DNA from: Catajapyx aquilonaris
Taxonomy: Eukaryota
Assembly: GCA_000934665.2 (NCBI GenBank)
Contig: JYFJ02002869.1
Location: forward strand, 1 to 49,622
Reading direction: 5' to 3'
DNA length: 49,622 nucleotides
In this document: in pieces, positions 24,272 to 37,458 of the stretch
Layout: each line of letters begins with the position of its first letter
Numbering within the stretch: position 1 is the stretch's first letter
Translations under genes and position numbers: made by a program
Notes under the pieces: generated by a model
Told to the model about the DNA's origin: nothing
Databases searched by the model: none
What the model saw: the letters and a program-made list of their open reading frames with translations, nothing else

Positions 24272-26460
24272 ATGAGGCCACCTTTACTCCTCACCGCTCT
24301 GTTACTCTCATTTTGTGAGTATCATTTTTTCATGTGCGTCAAGTAAACATTACTCCTGCAATTATTAAGCTACTTCATGGCGCGTTATGATTCTAGTCGA
24401 GTGCAATGAGGGACAGGATCCGTATCCAGACATACAGTTCTACACCAGCAACCTTCCAGCAACAATACTGCAGCAGTTGACTTATTCTATGTCAATTGTG
24501 GCGACCACGAACCTGTTTGAAAACCAGAAATGCTGCGGTAAGCTTCGGATAAACTTCAATGACTATCACAGCATAATTACAGTATGTCTTTCTTTTTCAC
24601 AGCCAATTTAGGCTGCTTTGACAATGGAGGAAGAACCCACTACTTACTGGGCCTGCCTGACTGCAACTTCATGGAGACCAAATTCTATCTGACCAATTCA
24701 GCCAAGCCTTCAGTCACTCGTGTCCTGCCTTACAACAATGCAGGGCTTCTGGAAAGGTCCGGATACGACAAGAAGTGTCCCAGCGTGTACATAATTCACG
24801 GATACACAGAGTCTGCCAAAATTAAGTGGATGAAAGAAATGAAGGACGCATTGTTGAGGAAGGTATATGCATGGCATGCATTTACAAGTGTGGGTTTGTC
24901 AGATGTTCATTGTTTCAGTACCGAAATTCGTGCGTCAATGTGATCCGAGTGGGCTACGAAGAGATCTCAAATTTTCTCTACACCGACATGTCGCGGCATG
25001 CTGAACTGATAGGTCGAAGAATCGGATTCTTCATCGGAATGACTGTCCAACTGATGGGGGCCAATCCGGACGACATTCATCTGGTAGGATTCAGCCTCGG
25101 AGGAATGATCACAGGCTACGCCGGACAATTCCTTCTGACCAAAAACATCAGCGTTGGTCGCATTACAGGTACTGTGCCAAATAATGCGCAGGGGATGTCT
25201 TACAAATTATGAATTGTTTCAACTTGATTAGCCTTGGATCCGGCCGGACCAGGATTCTGCTCCTTCTCCCAATTCTCAGCTGGATACAAGCTGAATCAAT
25301 CGCACGCTCAGTACGTCATGGTCATACACACGAATGGAGGAAACATTCTCCAACTCCAAATGGGATGCATGGAACCCCTGGGGCACGTGGACTACTATCC
25401 CAACGGTGGACAGGAACAGCCGACTTGCAAAACCAGCATTTATGGTCATTAACTGGTGTTTTGATTTTCAAAAATGCAAATAATATTCTGGACACTATAT
25501 TTTGCAGGCCTTTTCGGCTGCAACCACATGTGCGCACACGCTTACTTCACGAGGAGCATTTCGAATGAGAACTGCTTCAGGTCCTTCCCAGCTGCCGATT
25601 ACACCAAATTCAAAGAGTATGTACCGAGCAAGTCAACAAACGCAATAGGAAACATGGGCTTTTATTCGGTTACCACGAAAGCTAAAGGAATTCAGTTTCT
25701 TAAAACTTCCGACCATGCACCATATTGCGGTGAGATTCAATATTAATAATTTCTCTTTCACGTAATATATACGCACAGTCATGTTCTTCAATTGTTGGTG
25801 TAAATTATTACAGGAAGCCAGTTTAGGATTGAAGCGACAACTAAACGTCCGGCCATCCCGACATTCAGTGTTACTCTTTCGGATGGCACTTTCAGCACCG
25901 AAAAGATGAGCGTACATGCCACGTGAGCATCTCAAAAATGTTCGGTAATAAGAATGGGCTGAGGATAATAATTATGTCGAGAAAAAATAGATAGGCTATC
26001 GTACAATGGGCTAGTTTGGTATAATCCCGTGTGTGTTTTGCAGGAGATCGACACATATTACAAACATCATTGTTAGCACCATCGCACGCTTAAATTTTGC
26101 CGCTGGAAGAGTTATTACTGCAAAGTTTAGTACAAACCTATCACTTAAATCTTTGGTGATAACTAATGAAGATGGATTAAGGTAAGCTGCAACATCGGAC
26201 ACTGGTTGCTTGGGCTCATATTAAGGGAAAAATATTGTTATTCTGCTATTATGTGTACAGAAAATATTCACAGGGGATAATCCGAGAAAGCAGGTTGATT
26301 TCCTCTTTAATTAGCGTTCGTGCAACCGGCCCTCACTCACTGAACTCAAATATATTTACATTTTTCTCCCCATTACAGCAAGTATTATTGCAACAATAAT
26401 GCCAAAAGTACGGTGCCAGCTGCCAAATTCAGAATAAAACTCGACGACAACAAGTGTTAA
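24272..26460 (+). CDS. Lip2b: pancreatic-lipase-family protein, 9 exons, intact
   Basis: Exons 24272-24314, 24397-24537, 24603-24862, 24919-25168, 25232-25444, 25508-25729, 25814-25922, 26044-26181 and 26379-26460 in frame. Signal peptide MRPPLLLTALLLSF; IIHGY, GFSLG, ALDPAGP, CNH. Confidence 0.9.
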
Positions 26461-27184
26461 AACCAATTGGGACAGACAAGGATTAATACGGCGGATTTCT
26501 GTCAGTTTGGAATAACTTATCCAATATTAAATGACCTTGATTTTTTTAAAAAGATTACAGTAGTCAAACTCTACACAAATGTACAGTACAGTACGTCGTT
26601 GAATCCCGTATAAATTGCATGATATAAATTTGCAATGCATGAGAAACGTTGTTATGGTAATTAATCGCTGGAGCTGCAAAAGTAGCAGAAATGACTATTT
26701 TTCACTCAAAACATATGGTGATAATATCACCAATCGCCATGCACTCATACGTATAGACCTTCGTTGCTACAAAAATGATTTAAAATATGAAAATCATTGG
26801 AAAATATGTAATGACCAATCCACAAATCAGTGCTGCCCTGGCATAAATAAATTCCATTCTGCAGTAGATGTTTTCGAGAAATCACTACCGTATCTCAAAT
26901 ATTGTGGATTTTGAAAAAGTGTCAGTCATCGCCGGCTTCTAGAAGAGAAACACAATTTTATCTTAGTTCTGTGCTCCATTATCCAATGTCCTGTTTCGCT
27001 CAGAACCATCCTATCCATATAGTAAATATTTTAATTGAATTTTCAGTGAATAAATATATCATAAAATTGTAGTTAAATTTAAAACACGTCCTACGTATGT
27101 CAACTTTTTTCCTGCCTGGTGCATTTATAGGATTAAGATGGACCAGAAAAGGAGGGCTCTACATAATATTTAAGCACCGTTCGA

Positions 27185-27185
<1 letters not shown>

Positions 27186-27264
<79 letters not shown>
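27186..27264. repeat. (ATT)n microsatellite
   Basis: Perfect trinucleotide run left of the SINE. Confidence 0.95.
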
Positions 27265-27600
27265 TACGTTACCCCGTGCTAGGGCCATGGGCCCTTATAG
27301 GGGGGTGGATTACCACCATTTTCCTTCAATTTTCTTATTATTTTCTTCTAACACCGGTGCAAGGATGAAAGGACAAGAGGTAAGGATAGGGATTTTCGGG
27401 GAGGGAACATGGGTGCAAGTGCACGTCTGAAAACGGGTCATGTGCTATTCCCCAGGAGGTTAGGTTGCCAGACACCTCCAAGGTGCAGGTCAGAGACCCT
27501 CCCGACGCAGGTGAAAGGAAAGTTCCCCAGGCGGGGATCGAACCTGGGGCCTTTCACTCAGCAAGCCGAGACGTTACCATCACGGCCACCACACCTCCCC
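27265..27600 (-). mobile_element. tRNA-derived SINE inserted into an (ATT)n tract
   Basis: Minus strand begins GGGGAGGTGTGGTGGCCGTGATGG (A box) and contains GGTTCGATCCC (B box), followed by an (AAT)n tail. Absent from the duplicated site at about 11680-11700. Confidence 0.85.
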
Positions 27601-27608
27601 TTATGATG

Positions 27609-27683
<75 letters not shown>
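27609..27683. repeat. (ATT)n microsatellite
   Basis: Perfect trinucleotide run right of the SINE. Confidence 0.95.
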
Positions 27684-27684
<1 letters not shown>

Positions 27685-28266
27685 CTTGTGATGTAAAAAA
27701 ACTTTCCGCCGCTCTAAATTACAAGTATGCGACGGGATGGCCAGGCGTAAAATAATTCACAGAATAGAGACAGATCAGCAAATCCTTCGTGATCAATTTG
27801 GCAGCTTATCCAGCCCTATTGCTATTGCAAAAGATGGCATACATCAAACTAGAGTCATAGCAGTGCGTCATTAAGCCCTGTAAATGCTTACAACACATGA
27901 GATATATTTATGGATAGTAATGTCTGGAGCAGCAGAAGTACATGACTGTGTAGGATTTAGTTGGTAATACAGTACTTACTTTACATGTGTTGACGCAAAC
28001 GGAAATTTTTTGATCAACAGATCGACCTGCAATACTCCTATTTTTGTTTGAAAAACCACCTGCATGATTGTGTATGCCATCTGAAAATTACGTACTTAAA
28101 GCAATCTCTCCTTGCGAAACAAGAGTATCTCAGACATACTTTTCCCCACACGTTGAACTGTATTAAAGAGGCAATGCAATATATTGCCCTTTAAAATGTA
28201 TTGAAATGTATGCAACCACATTTTTCAGTAGGTATAGCCTCATTGCAAGCAGCAGATTCCAACAAT

Positions 28267-30686
28267 ATGCGTCGCTTTTTCATCCCTCTTCTCCTCGTTT
28301 CCACTGCTGGTAAGTGACTCTTTGATCGCCTTCAGTGCAATCTTCACAAACTGCGATTCTAAAGACATTACTGTGTATTTATTTCAGTCAGTGGTATTGA
28401 AAAGCCTTGCTGTCCTTACGCAATTTTCGACTACGACTATTATCTGGGCGACCTTGACGTTTTAATTTTGGATCAACTGAAAGCTGTGGCGGAAGCAGTG
28501 AATTCAACTGATTTACTTGCAGATGAAGTGTGCTGTGGTAATGTTTTCCCCATTTGAGTTTCGGCGCATTTACATAGACTCTTTATTCACAAATAAGCGA
28601 GACTCTCGTTGGTTGTGGCACATTGCAAAAGAACGCAACGACATTTTTCCGGTGCGGTGAATATTAAAATACGGATTTTTAATATTCAAATGCAGGTTTG
28701 CAAAAATGAAAAGAGGCTATTGTTTTATTGGGATGTATTGCTTTCCAGGAGAACCGATTGGCTGCTTCAACACTGGTGGCAGAAGCCGCTACTTGCAGGG
28801 CCTTCCTAATTGCAACTTTAGGCCAACGAGATTCTACCTGACCAATTCAGCCGACCCGTCCAACGTTCAGAATCTCACTTACGACAGTCAAGAACTATTA
28901 TTAGGGAGTAATTACAATAAGACTTGCTCAACAATCATAATAGTGCACGGATTTACTGAGTCTCCGTTCATCACTGGGTTGTGCGCATGCAAGAAGCATT
29001 CTTCTGGAAGGTATAGTGTATGGAAGGTAGTACTTCGACTTAATATTACTCCGTCACATAACTTTCATTGCAGTACCGATATTCACGTGTGAACGTGATC
29101 CGAGTGGGTTACAACGAAGAAAGAGCGGACTGGAACCTCGTGGACATATACAGGAACGCGGAGATCATTGGCCGAAGAATCGGGTATTTCTGTCAACTTT
29201 TAATATTACTGGGCACCCATGAAGACGACATCCACTACGTAGGCTTCAGCATGGGAGGACTGATCGCCGGTTTCGTCGGAAAATATCTGAAGATAAAATA
29301 TGGCATCGTTATCGGAAAGATATCGGGTAAGACTGATGGTCCTTTTTTTGCAAGAGACCAGCTAATTTTTGCATGTGAGGACAGAACACTTGAAACTGCG
29401 CTATACTTGTAAGCTAACTATGAATGTCTGGCATCTTTTGAAGCGTTGGATCCTGCTGGTCAAGGTGGCTGCTATTTGAGGCAAATAAGTGGTGGTTACA
29501 TGCTGGACAAGTCCCATGCCAAGCAGGTGATGTGCTTGCACACAAACGGAGGCAACATCACAATGGACCAAGTGGCCTGATCCAATAGGACACGTCGATT
29601 ATTATCCAAACGGAGGACAGTTTCAACCTACGTGCTCGAATCCAACTCTCTGTATGGACAACATGATTAAAAATAATGTGTATCAGCTGGCAATCAATCT
29701 TACCATGTTTTTCCCCCCAGTGAACGCGTTCTGCAGCCATTTATCCGCACCGGCCTACTGCATATGCAGCATACTCTCAGAAACATGTCGTTTCAAGTCC
29801 TTCCCAGCTTCCGACCACAGAGATTTCGGAGGATTCCTCAAGGGAGATTACTTCGAGTGCAAGGGAAACTGCGGAGAGATGGGCTTCCCCACGTTTGAGT
29901 CCAATGCAACTGGAGTACAATTTCTCCTTACTCACGCCAACCCTCCATACTGCGGCGAGTTATACACTTGCATATACGTATGTAATGCACTCTTTGGGCT
30001 TAAACGGCATTAACATTATGTCATTACAGGAAGCCATTTTAAGATCAGTATCACACTCTACACGCCAGCAATTGTGGCGTCGTTCATTACGTTGTCAGAT
30101 TATTACAACCACTCTACTGGGGAAATGCTGTTTTTAGCAGTGTAAGTATGACTCTATATTAGTCTTTTTTATTTATATATAAAAGGTTTCGGTCAATGGT
30201 GTCCTGGAGCCATACGACCCTTACTACTCTAGATAATTATCATGCACTTGGCATAGAATCATGAGCATTTTATATAGCGCTCACATCAGCTGTTTCGTAA
30301 ACTTGATTAGCCGTGTAAGCAGCATTATTTTCCTCACGCCGCATTTCACTCTTTGTTTTATTTGCATTTGTGCCATTTCAGGAGCACTTCGAATAAAGTC
30401 ACCGAGGTGGTTCTTGGAGACTACGCTCCATTGAATTTCTCTCCGGGTGAGGCCATTCAGGCAACAATGAAGCCTTACTTACTGCCCATCAAGTCTATGC
30501 AAGTAACCAACGACGAGGGCGTGAGGTGAGATGGAGTGCTGAAAATAATTGTAATGTTTCTTCAGGAGTTACCATCTTCTAACTTTGCAATCTCATTCCA
30601 GCAAGTATTACTGCTCTTCCAGTCTAATCGGAATTAGTCTACAAACACAAATATTATTACGCGATCAACCGTGCTACATGCCATAA
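28267..30686 (+). pseudogene. Lip3b: full-length 9-exon lipase gene with two frameshifts
   Basis: Exons 28267-28309, 28388-28537, 28749-29010, 29074-29326, 29444-29651, 29721-29954, 30030-30141, 30382-30525 and 30602-30686. 1-nt loss at about 28973 puts WVVRMQEAFFWK out of frame. A 5-nt deletion creates TGA at 29578-29580 (Lip3a has TGC TTT GAT). Either lesion could be an assembly error. Confidence 0.82.
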
Positions 30687-31294
30687 TTTATGGTGAAGAT
30701 GAGTGAAGCTGGTTGTATTATTCATGTTGTTGTGTTATAGCCGCAACCTGATGTTATAAGTTCAGAGGCGAATAACACAATTTAAAATATCGAATTAAAT
30801 ATTATCGAGTACAGAGTGCTTCCTTCCTTTAGATAGGGCGTCTAATTGTTGCTTTTTCATTCGACCTTGAAAGGCATCCTATTGAAAAGGAGGCATTTAA
30901 GAGCACGGTGTATATACATGAAATCTTGGCAGAGAAAAAAATATATCCAGGATTTTTAAAAGTACGCAAAGGAGTGATTCACTTCTATCCCTTCCAGTAT
31001 AAGCACTTGTATTTGCAAATACCACGAAACGCTGACAGCATTACAATTGCACACCTGGCCATAATTACTGCACGTGTGCTCAACAGACGAGATTATTTTA
31101 AGCAGGTGCCTCGTACATCAATCATAAACGGTGTAAAATACAGTAAAAATGCAGAAAAGCTAATGCCACGATTCGCTATTTATTGCTGAGTTTTGGGATA
31201 TAAACATCCACATTTCCGACGCTAATTTACACCTTCCGTGCGGTGCACGTAAGACTTATTTTTTGCTTTTTGCTTTTGCTTCGACACTAGCTGC

Positions 31295-31920
31295 AGGACG
31301 CACTATTGGCAAGGCTTACCAAACTGCAACTTTAAGGAAACCAAGTTTTACTTGACCAATTCAGGTGACCAATTCCCTAGTTCAGATGTTGGCCTAACAA
31401 CAACTCTTAGCGTTGTCTTAACATACAGGGATCCACTTTCGTGTCACCGTCCAAGTTCCTGTATACCGCCTATTCCATCGCTTGCAATCACTCTCTCTCG
31501 GATGGTTCACACACTGCAGGAAAGATGGCAATTGCATCCATTTTTGTAGACATATACAGTATTTATTACGTACAGTACTATTTGTATACTGTATAGTACA
31601 GTTGCAACTCATGCGCGTCTCATTTTGCACATAAACATGGGACTAAAGAAGTCAAGGGTTCTCATAGGCAACTTTGCGCCTATAGATTTCAGCAAAAGGG
31701 GCTGTCATCAAGGCAGAAATATCTCCTCCTCTTACTAACATACGATCTGTGCAAGGGAGGAATGAAGACGAAAAGAGGTGAAGAAAATTCTGCATGTTAA
31801 TTACTACATTTTCTATCTGCCTTAAGTATTACAAATAATTTTCCAGCAAGTATTATTCTCGAAGTGGCCTTTCACTGACACCGATATCGAAACTGAAACT
31901 ATACAAGACAAGAAATTCTA
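31295..31920 (+). pseudogene. Lip4: heavily deleted lipase remnant
   Basis: YWQGLPNCNFKETKFYLTNSGD (exon 3 homolog, about 31300-31370), then exon 7-like GIHFRVT...SDG, exon 8-like VLIGNFAPIDFSK...NEDEK|GT and exon 9-like SKYY. Catalytic exons are absent and there are several frameshifts. Confidence 0.75.
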
Positions 31921-32682
31921 ATTGAGCCCACAGCGTACATGTATAATGGCTTTGTCACTTAATAAAGCAATGCCCCTCATAAAATACTGCTTGGAATAAT
32001 TAGCGCAGGGATTATTTGATTGGAATAGAAATGTCAACATGCATGCAGGTAAGGCATTGGAGAATATTCCCAAGGCATTTGATACCTTACAATACGGTAT
32101 ATTACAATGTACTAAACATTTCAACCCTGTCCGCACCCCCAATAATCAGACAATCAGCCGTACATCAATAGCTATAGAAATCATACTACAGTAGAATAAA
32201 ATAATTGAATGGCTCCACAGAACCAGTGTAAAAGTCCAGAGGAATAGAAAAATGGTGGATGTACCACATAGCACTGAACACTCTTTCGCCAGCCAGTAAT
32301 ATTTTTGTGTGATTGGATCATTGTAGAGCTACGTGATTGATTAATGCATGTTGTTTATACATAAACGTTCAATGCACTATAGCTAATGACTCATACCCAG
32401 AACATCAGCAGAACTATTCTTTTATTGCTCATGACCTGATGAGTGATGGTACAGTACTGAAATGTGCAGTGAGGACTGCACGGACAGGAATGCCAGTCAA
32501 CAGGTCAGCTGCAGGTAAGTGTTGTTTAAATTTAGATTAATGTGGATTTACCCTTCACTTGTTGGTAATTTTAATTTCGGTTTCACACATTACAGATTGG
32601 CGCCTGCTTGGCTTATTTCTGCTAGCAGTACAAGTATAAGAAAAATAGCCTGGCCGAATAATATTCTGATTATGCAACAGGC

Positions 32683-34810
32683 ATGAAGAAATTGCAATTA
32701 TTTCTGGGTATATACTGAATAATTACCTCTTGCAATGCAATATTCCATATCAACACTTTGCTTTTTCATATTTATTAGTAACAGTAGCATCTATATGCAC
32801 AGCAGATGTCGATTTAGGAAGAGACATACCTGAAAGCAAGATTACTTCTCCAATGTGCTCCAGGATTGCCCGTGACGTTAACCGCGTACTGCAAATGCTG
32901 AGATGGAATATTCGCGACAATTCAACGACCGCTTGCTACGGTAAATGCTCACTTATGCTTCTTAGAACGGTGGCTAATAATAATAATTTGGAAAACTCGA
33001 TCGGCAGGAGAATTTGGGTGCTTCCGACGAACGGAGACCAGTTACATTTGGGGCTTGCCTCGAAACCAGACGACCTACTTCATTCTGACAACCTCAACAA
33101 ATCCAAACACAAGCACGAACATCTCGTACGAAAGCAACTTCCGCAAAGTTGGATTTGACATCAGCTGTAAAACCATCTTTATCGTCCACGGATGGACCCA
33201 AAACACCCAACGAGGTTGGATCATCGACATGCAAGACCGACTCTTTCTCTTGGTTAGGACGATTTATCCGAACGATTTATCTGTTCCTGTTTTTTTCTAT
33301 ACGTTTAGTTTGCGGGATAACCCGAATTATACCATTCATTTGCAGGAGCCGTGCTTTAACATTGTAAGAGTCGACTGGGGTAATAAGAAAAACTACAATT
33401 ACGTCACAGCCGCCATAGAATCCGAGTTGATCGGGCGACAAATGGCCGTCCTAATTAGGAATATGGTCCAGCAAGGAGCAAATGCAAGCGATTTTCATCT
33501 AGTTGGATTTAGCATGGGAGCTCACATTTGCGGATTCTGCGGCCACTTTCTCATCCAAAAATATGGCTTGACACTTGGAATAATAAGCGGTGAGCCAGCT
33601 GTGCACAACCGTAGGCACTTACAGCATTATGTAAATTATTATTACCTGCTGATGGCATTATTAGAAATGTCTGCTTGCTTTAGGTTTGGATCCTGCTGGA
33701 CCTTTGTTTTGTTACTCTGGGCAGCTGGCTTCTGGTTACAAGCTGAAAGCGACACAGGCAGACTTTGTTGATGTGATTCACACGAACGCGGGAAACCTGA
33801 TCAACAGCCAGGTCGGATGCTATGAGAGTCTGGGTCACGTTGATTTCTTTCCAAACGGAGGTCAAGCACAACCAATGTGCTCAGGGATAAGTGAGTCCAC
33901 ACCTTTGCACTCCAGCCTGCATACCATGAAGGTTTAATTGCATTTTCTACTCGGCCGACAGACAGTGCATCTTGTAGCCACGCAATGAGCACCATTTATT
34001 ACGTCGACTCATTAACTGAAGGACCTTGCACTCTACGCACTTTCCCTGTGCCTCCCTGGACACCTTTTCAAAAATATGTGGATGGGGAATTTTTCGAGTG
34101 CAATAACGGATGTGGAGAGGTGGGATATTTTTCAAACCGCCATCTAGGAAGAGGATGGCAGTATGGATCAACCCTCAAAAATTTTGGTTATTGCGGTACG
34201 AAAACTCACTTGCACTTGTAGGTTTTTTCTGAAATTGATGCACCTTGTCTATTGTTCGTGGACTTTATTTATTTATTTCCTCAGGAAGCCAATATAAATT
34301 TGATATTAATCGTCAAAGCCTTGTCTTCCCATTTCTCCAAATGAAAGTCATTTTAGAAGACATATCAAACGTCACAACCAATGAAATGAAAATAAAGTTG
34401 TAAGTAGCAGTGGTAGCACAATAGTATTTTCCACCAAAGCAATGTGAGGTACTTTTGCTTCCAACAAGCAAACAGTAACACAATAATGAAAAAAGTAACT
34501 TTCAGCAATAGAAGAAAAACTGTTGCCGTAAGCCGATATTCTCCACTGAAATTTTTAGATGAAATTACAGCAGAGGTCACGTATGGATTTTTGGAAGCAT
34601 TTTTCTTTCACAGGGATGTAAATCTGGCAATAACAAATGAGGATGGTATCAGGTACGTTGCTCAAATAATCATGGTCCTGTATGTCCTTAAAAACATTAA
34701 AATCATTCAGAGTAATAGCGTCTCTTTTCAGTGTATCTCCCTGCTTACATGCCTGGAAACCAACTAAGGGAAGAAGCCACTTCATTGAAAAGCTTCGAGC
34801 GGATTGTTAA
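32683..34810 (+). CDS. Lip5: pancreatic-lipase-family protein, 9 coding exons, intact
   Basis: Exons 32683-32707, 32779-32940, 33008-33252, 33346-33589, 33684-33890, 33962-34195, 34285-34399, 34506-34652 and 34732-34810. Motifs CYGEFGCF, IVHGW, VDW, GFSMGAH, GLDPAGP, FVDVIHTNAG, GHVDFFPNGG, CSH. AATAAA at 34835. Confidence 0.9.
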
Positions 34811-37093
34811 TACAGCATATTATTACTGCTTAATAATAAATCAAGCCTTTGTAAGTTAATTTTTAAGTACTGTTCTGAATAGAATATTTTTGCTGTAATA
34901 CATGTATTATTAGTAGAGAAAACTAGTGCTGCATATTATTCCTTAAAACCATTCAAGATAGACCTATCTTGAGTCATAGTTCTGTACAAAAATGTTCAAC
35001 ACTATACAGTATAATCAAGAACAAATCAGTTCAAATTGATCACTATGATTGCCCCAATTGTTTTGAAACCGTGTGTTAAGTTCCATGCATTGTACTGCAG
35101 TGTTGCAACCATTTTATGCACTTATACCTTTACATATTTTTATGGATACGTGGACAGTGTCAACAGCCGAAATAGCATAATTTGAAAGGTATAATGTCAT
35201 CACAGGATGGATAAATTAATTGTAGTATGCAGTACAGTTCCAGTAATATAACATTGACAGTTATTGCTGGGTAGCCTATAAATTGCCAAGGGCCCGGGCC
35301 ATAAAAATACGCGTCTGTTGGTGGAGGAACAAAATGCAGTGCATGTCATGTGGTGTAAAGTGAATGTAAATGCCTCCTGTACCAAGGAAATAAATGGCTG
35401 AAATTTCAAGGCCGCTATGCAGATGGAGAAAGATACAAGTCCACTGACTTACTAAGGCTTTTTTTGCCACTTAGGTATATCTAGAAATACACAGGGAAAC
35501 AATGTGACATGCATAAAAATGCAAATCTCCCCCCCCCCCCTGGTCTCCCCATGTCAGAGCTTTGCAGTGTGCATGACCTCTGCCTGCATTGTGCAGTATA
35601 CTGTTCGGTGTTTTCCGACACTCCTGGACTAATCAATGGTATAATAGGCAACAACAAGTTAGTGGCTTGTGATATAGAGGTCAAGGTTGGCACGCAATGG
35701 TTGGTTTACTAGCGTATATGCAGGGTCTGACAGATGGATAGTCGAAGGTATGTGTACAAATTTCAATCAAGTTCGTAGCGGTAATGGCAACATGATATTT
35801 TCTCACGTCACGTCGCCTCACAGAAATAATAAGTTGCATGTCCGACTTTCCAAATTACCCCTACTCTCTACATTTCTTTAATCAACCGTATTTCAAAATA
35901 CGCCCATATCAGATACTATATCTAATAACAAATAGCATCGTACATATGAGCACATTTAATGCCCCTTCTAAAAGAGCTGAAAGTTTCACATGACGGTTGA
36001 CTCTAATACTGTTTAGGCCAATAGCTTATTTGCAGCTACCCTGGGCTATGCATACGCCTTTACGTTACTTAACTCTTGGTAATAATTAATTACATGAAAA
36101 AGTTGCAAAAATAATGTTGCAAGTGTATGTCGCAAAGGATGTGGGTTTGAAAGGATGTGATAACTTCTGCAGCCTACCTGACCGCGATATGAGGGATAAG
36201 TTTATACCTGTGTCGAGGAAAGACATGTTGCAGGCAACAAGCTCGACCTAAGGCTTTGACGATAGTGATACTCCAGAGTTACTCATTCGAACCGACCTTG
36301 AAGTAGGCTGATACACCTAATGTAAGTTGAATGTACGTAGGCCTACTGAATAGCTCTTTCCTTCCAATATTGTTTCACTAACAAACCCAGCAGCACGTCC
36401 TACTAAGTTAGTAACATACTTGAGCTAAATAAGCTAAATAAATTCAATTCACAACACTTGCACGTTATCACATAAACTTCCATCTTTATTCTCTAGGCTC
36501 AAAAGTGATTGATACTTTATATTGATAAATGATACTGACAGGGCTGCATTTCTTTCATATTATGATGCAAACGTCTTATTGTGTAGTCTATAGTTAATAA
36601 TGATGGTTGAGGAAATTAAGGCGAATGTTAGAACTGCAAATATTATTTATTTCACTAACAATGCTCATCTACCTAATATTGATCCGACAATATTATTATG
36701 AATTCATAAATCGAGTTAACGGAATATCCAGAGAGTTTTAACATTCCATTGTTCTTTTAAAATATGCCCTGTGATTGACGAAGTCAAGGCGGTGCAATAA
36801 TATTTTGAAAGGTTTTTGACACTGATATTTCACCCATATTAACATAATTATAATTATGGTCCACCGACTATTTACATGGTGCTGGTTCACTGCCTGAGAG
36901 CATGGAGAGTGCTCCACCTCTATGCAGTTTTATTGGCAACATGCGAAGTATTCTATGCAGTATTTCAACAAAACAGTGATCATTCTATTGTTTCGCTGTA
37001 TTTTGATGCCTGTCACGCCATTTGCCCAGATGCAGCGTGCCACAGAGTGGGGTTGGGAAAAAATGTAGTCGCGTGTGATCGAGTTATAACTCA

Positions 37094-37394
37094 GCAAATA
37101 TTCCCTGGTCAAATAACTTATCACCATACTATAGGGAATGACATCATACAGTATTAATTTTTTGCATCAAAAAGACTCCGGTTTGTTGAAGAACACTTGT
37201 CGACACACAAAGCTTCCGTCGGCAGCAGAACCTTTCAACACAGCATGTGGCAAATATTCCCTGGTCAAGCCTATCACCATACTACAAGTAGTGGCATAAT
37301 ACAGTATTAATTATTTTGCATCAAAAAGACTCCGGTTTGTTGCGGAACACTTGTCGACACACAAAGCTTTCATCGGCAGCAGAACCTTTCAACA
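37094..37394 (+). repeat. Tandem duplication, 2 x about 156 bp, immediately upstream of Lip6
   Basis: GCAAATATTCCCTGGTCAA...GCAGCAGAACCTTTCAACA occurs at 37094 and again at 37250. Confidence 0.9.
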
Positions 37395-37458
37395 TCTGTG
37401 GCCAACATTTTGAAGATTAATTTTACCTCGACATTTCAGAGGGTTACACCTCCGCAGG

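Larger units (their letters stand above)
23724..29990 (+). repeat. Segmental duplication, copy B (Lip2b plus Lip3b)
   Basis: Colinear with 6609-13185. Confidence 0.92.

Noticed and set aside
27097..27755. Poly-Leu and poly-Ile ORFs, and a tRNA-like sequence at about 27525-27600
   Set aside because: The ORFs are microsatellite artefacts. The tRNA-like part is a SINE head and no complete cloverleaf is evident.
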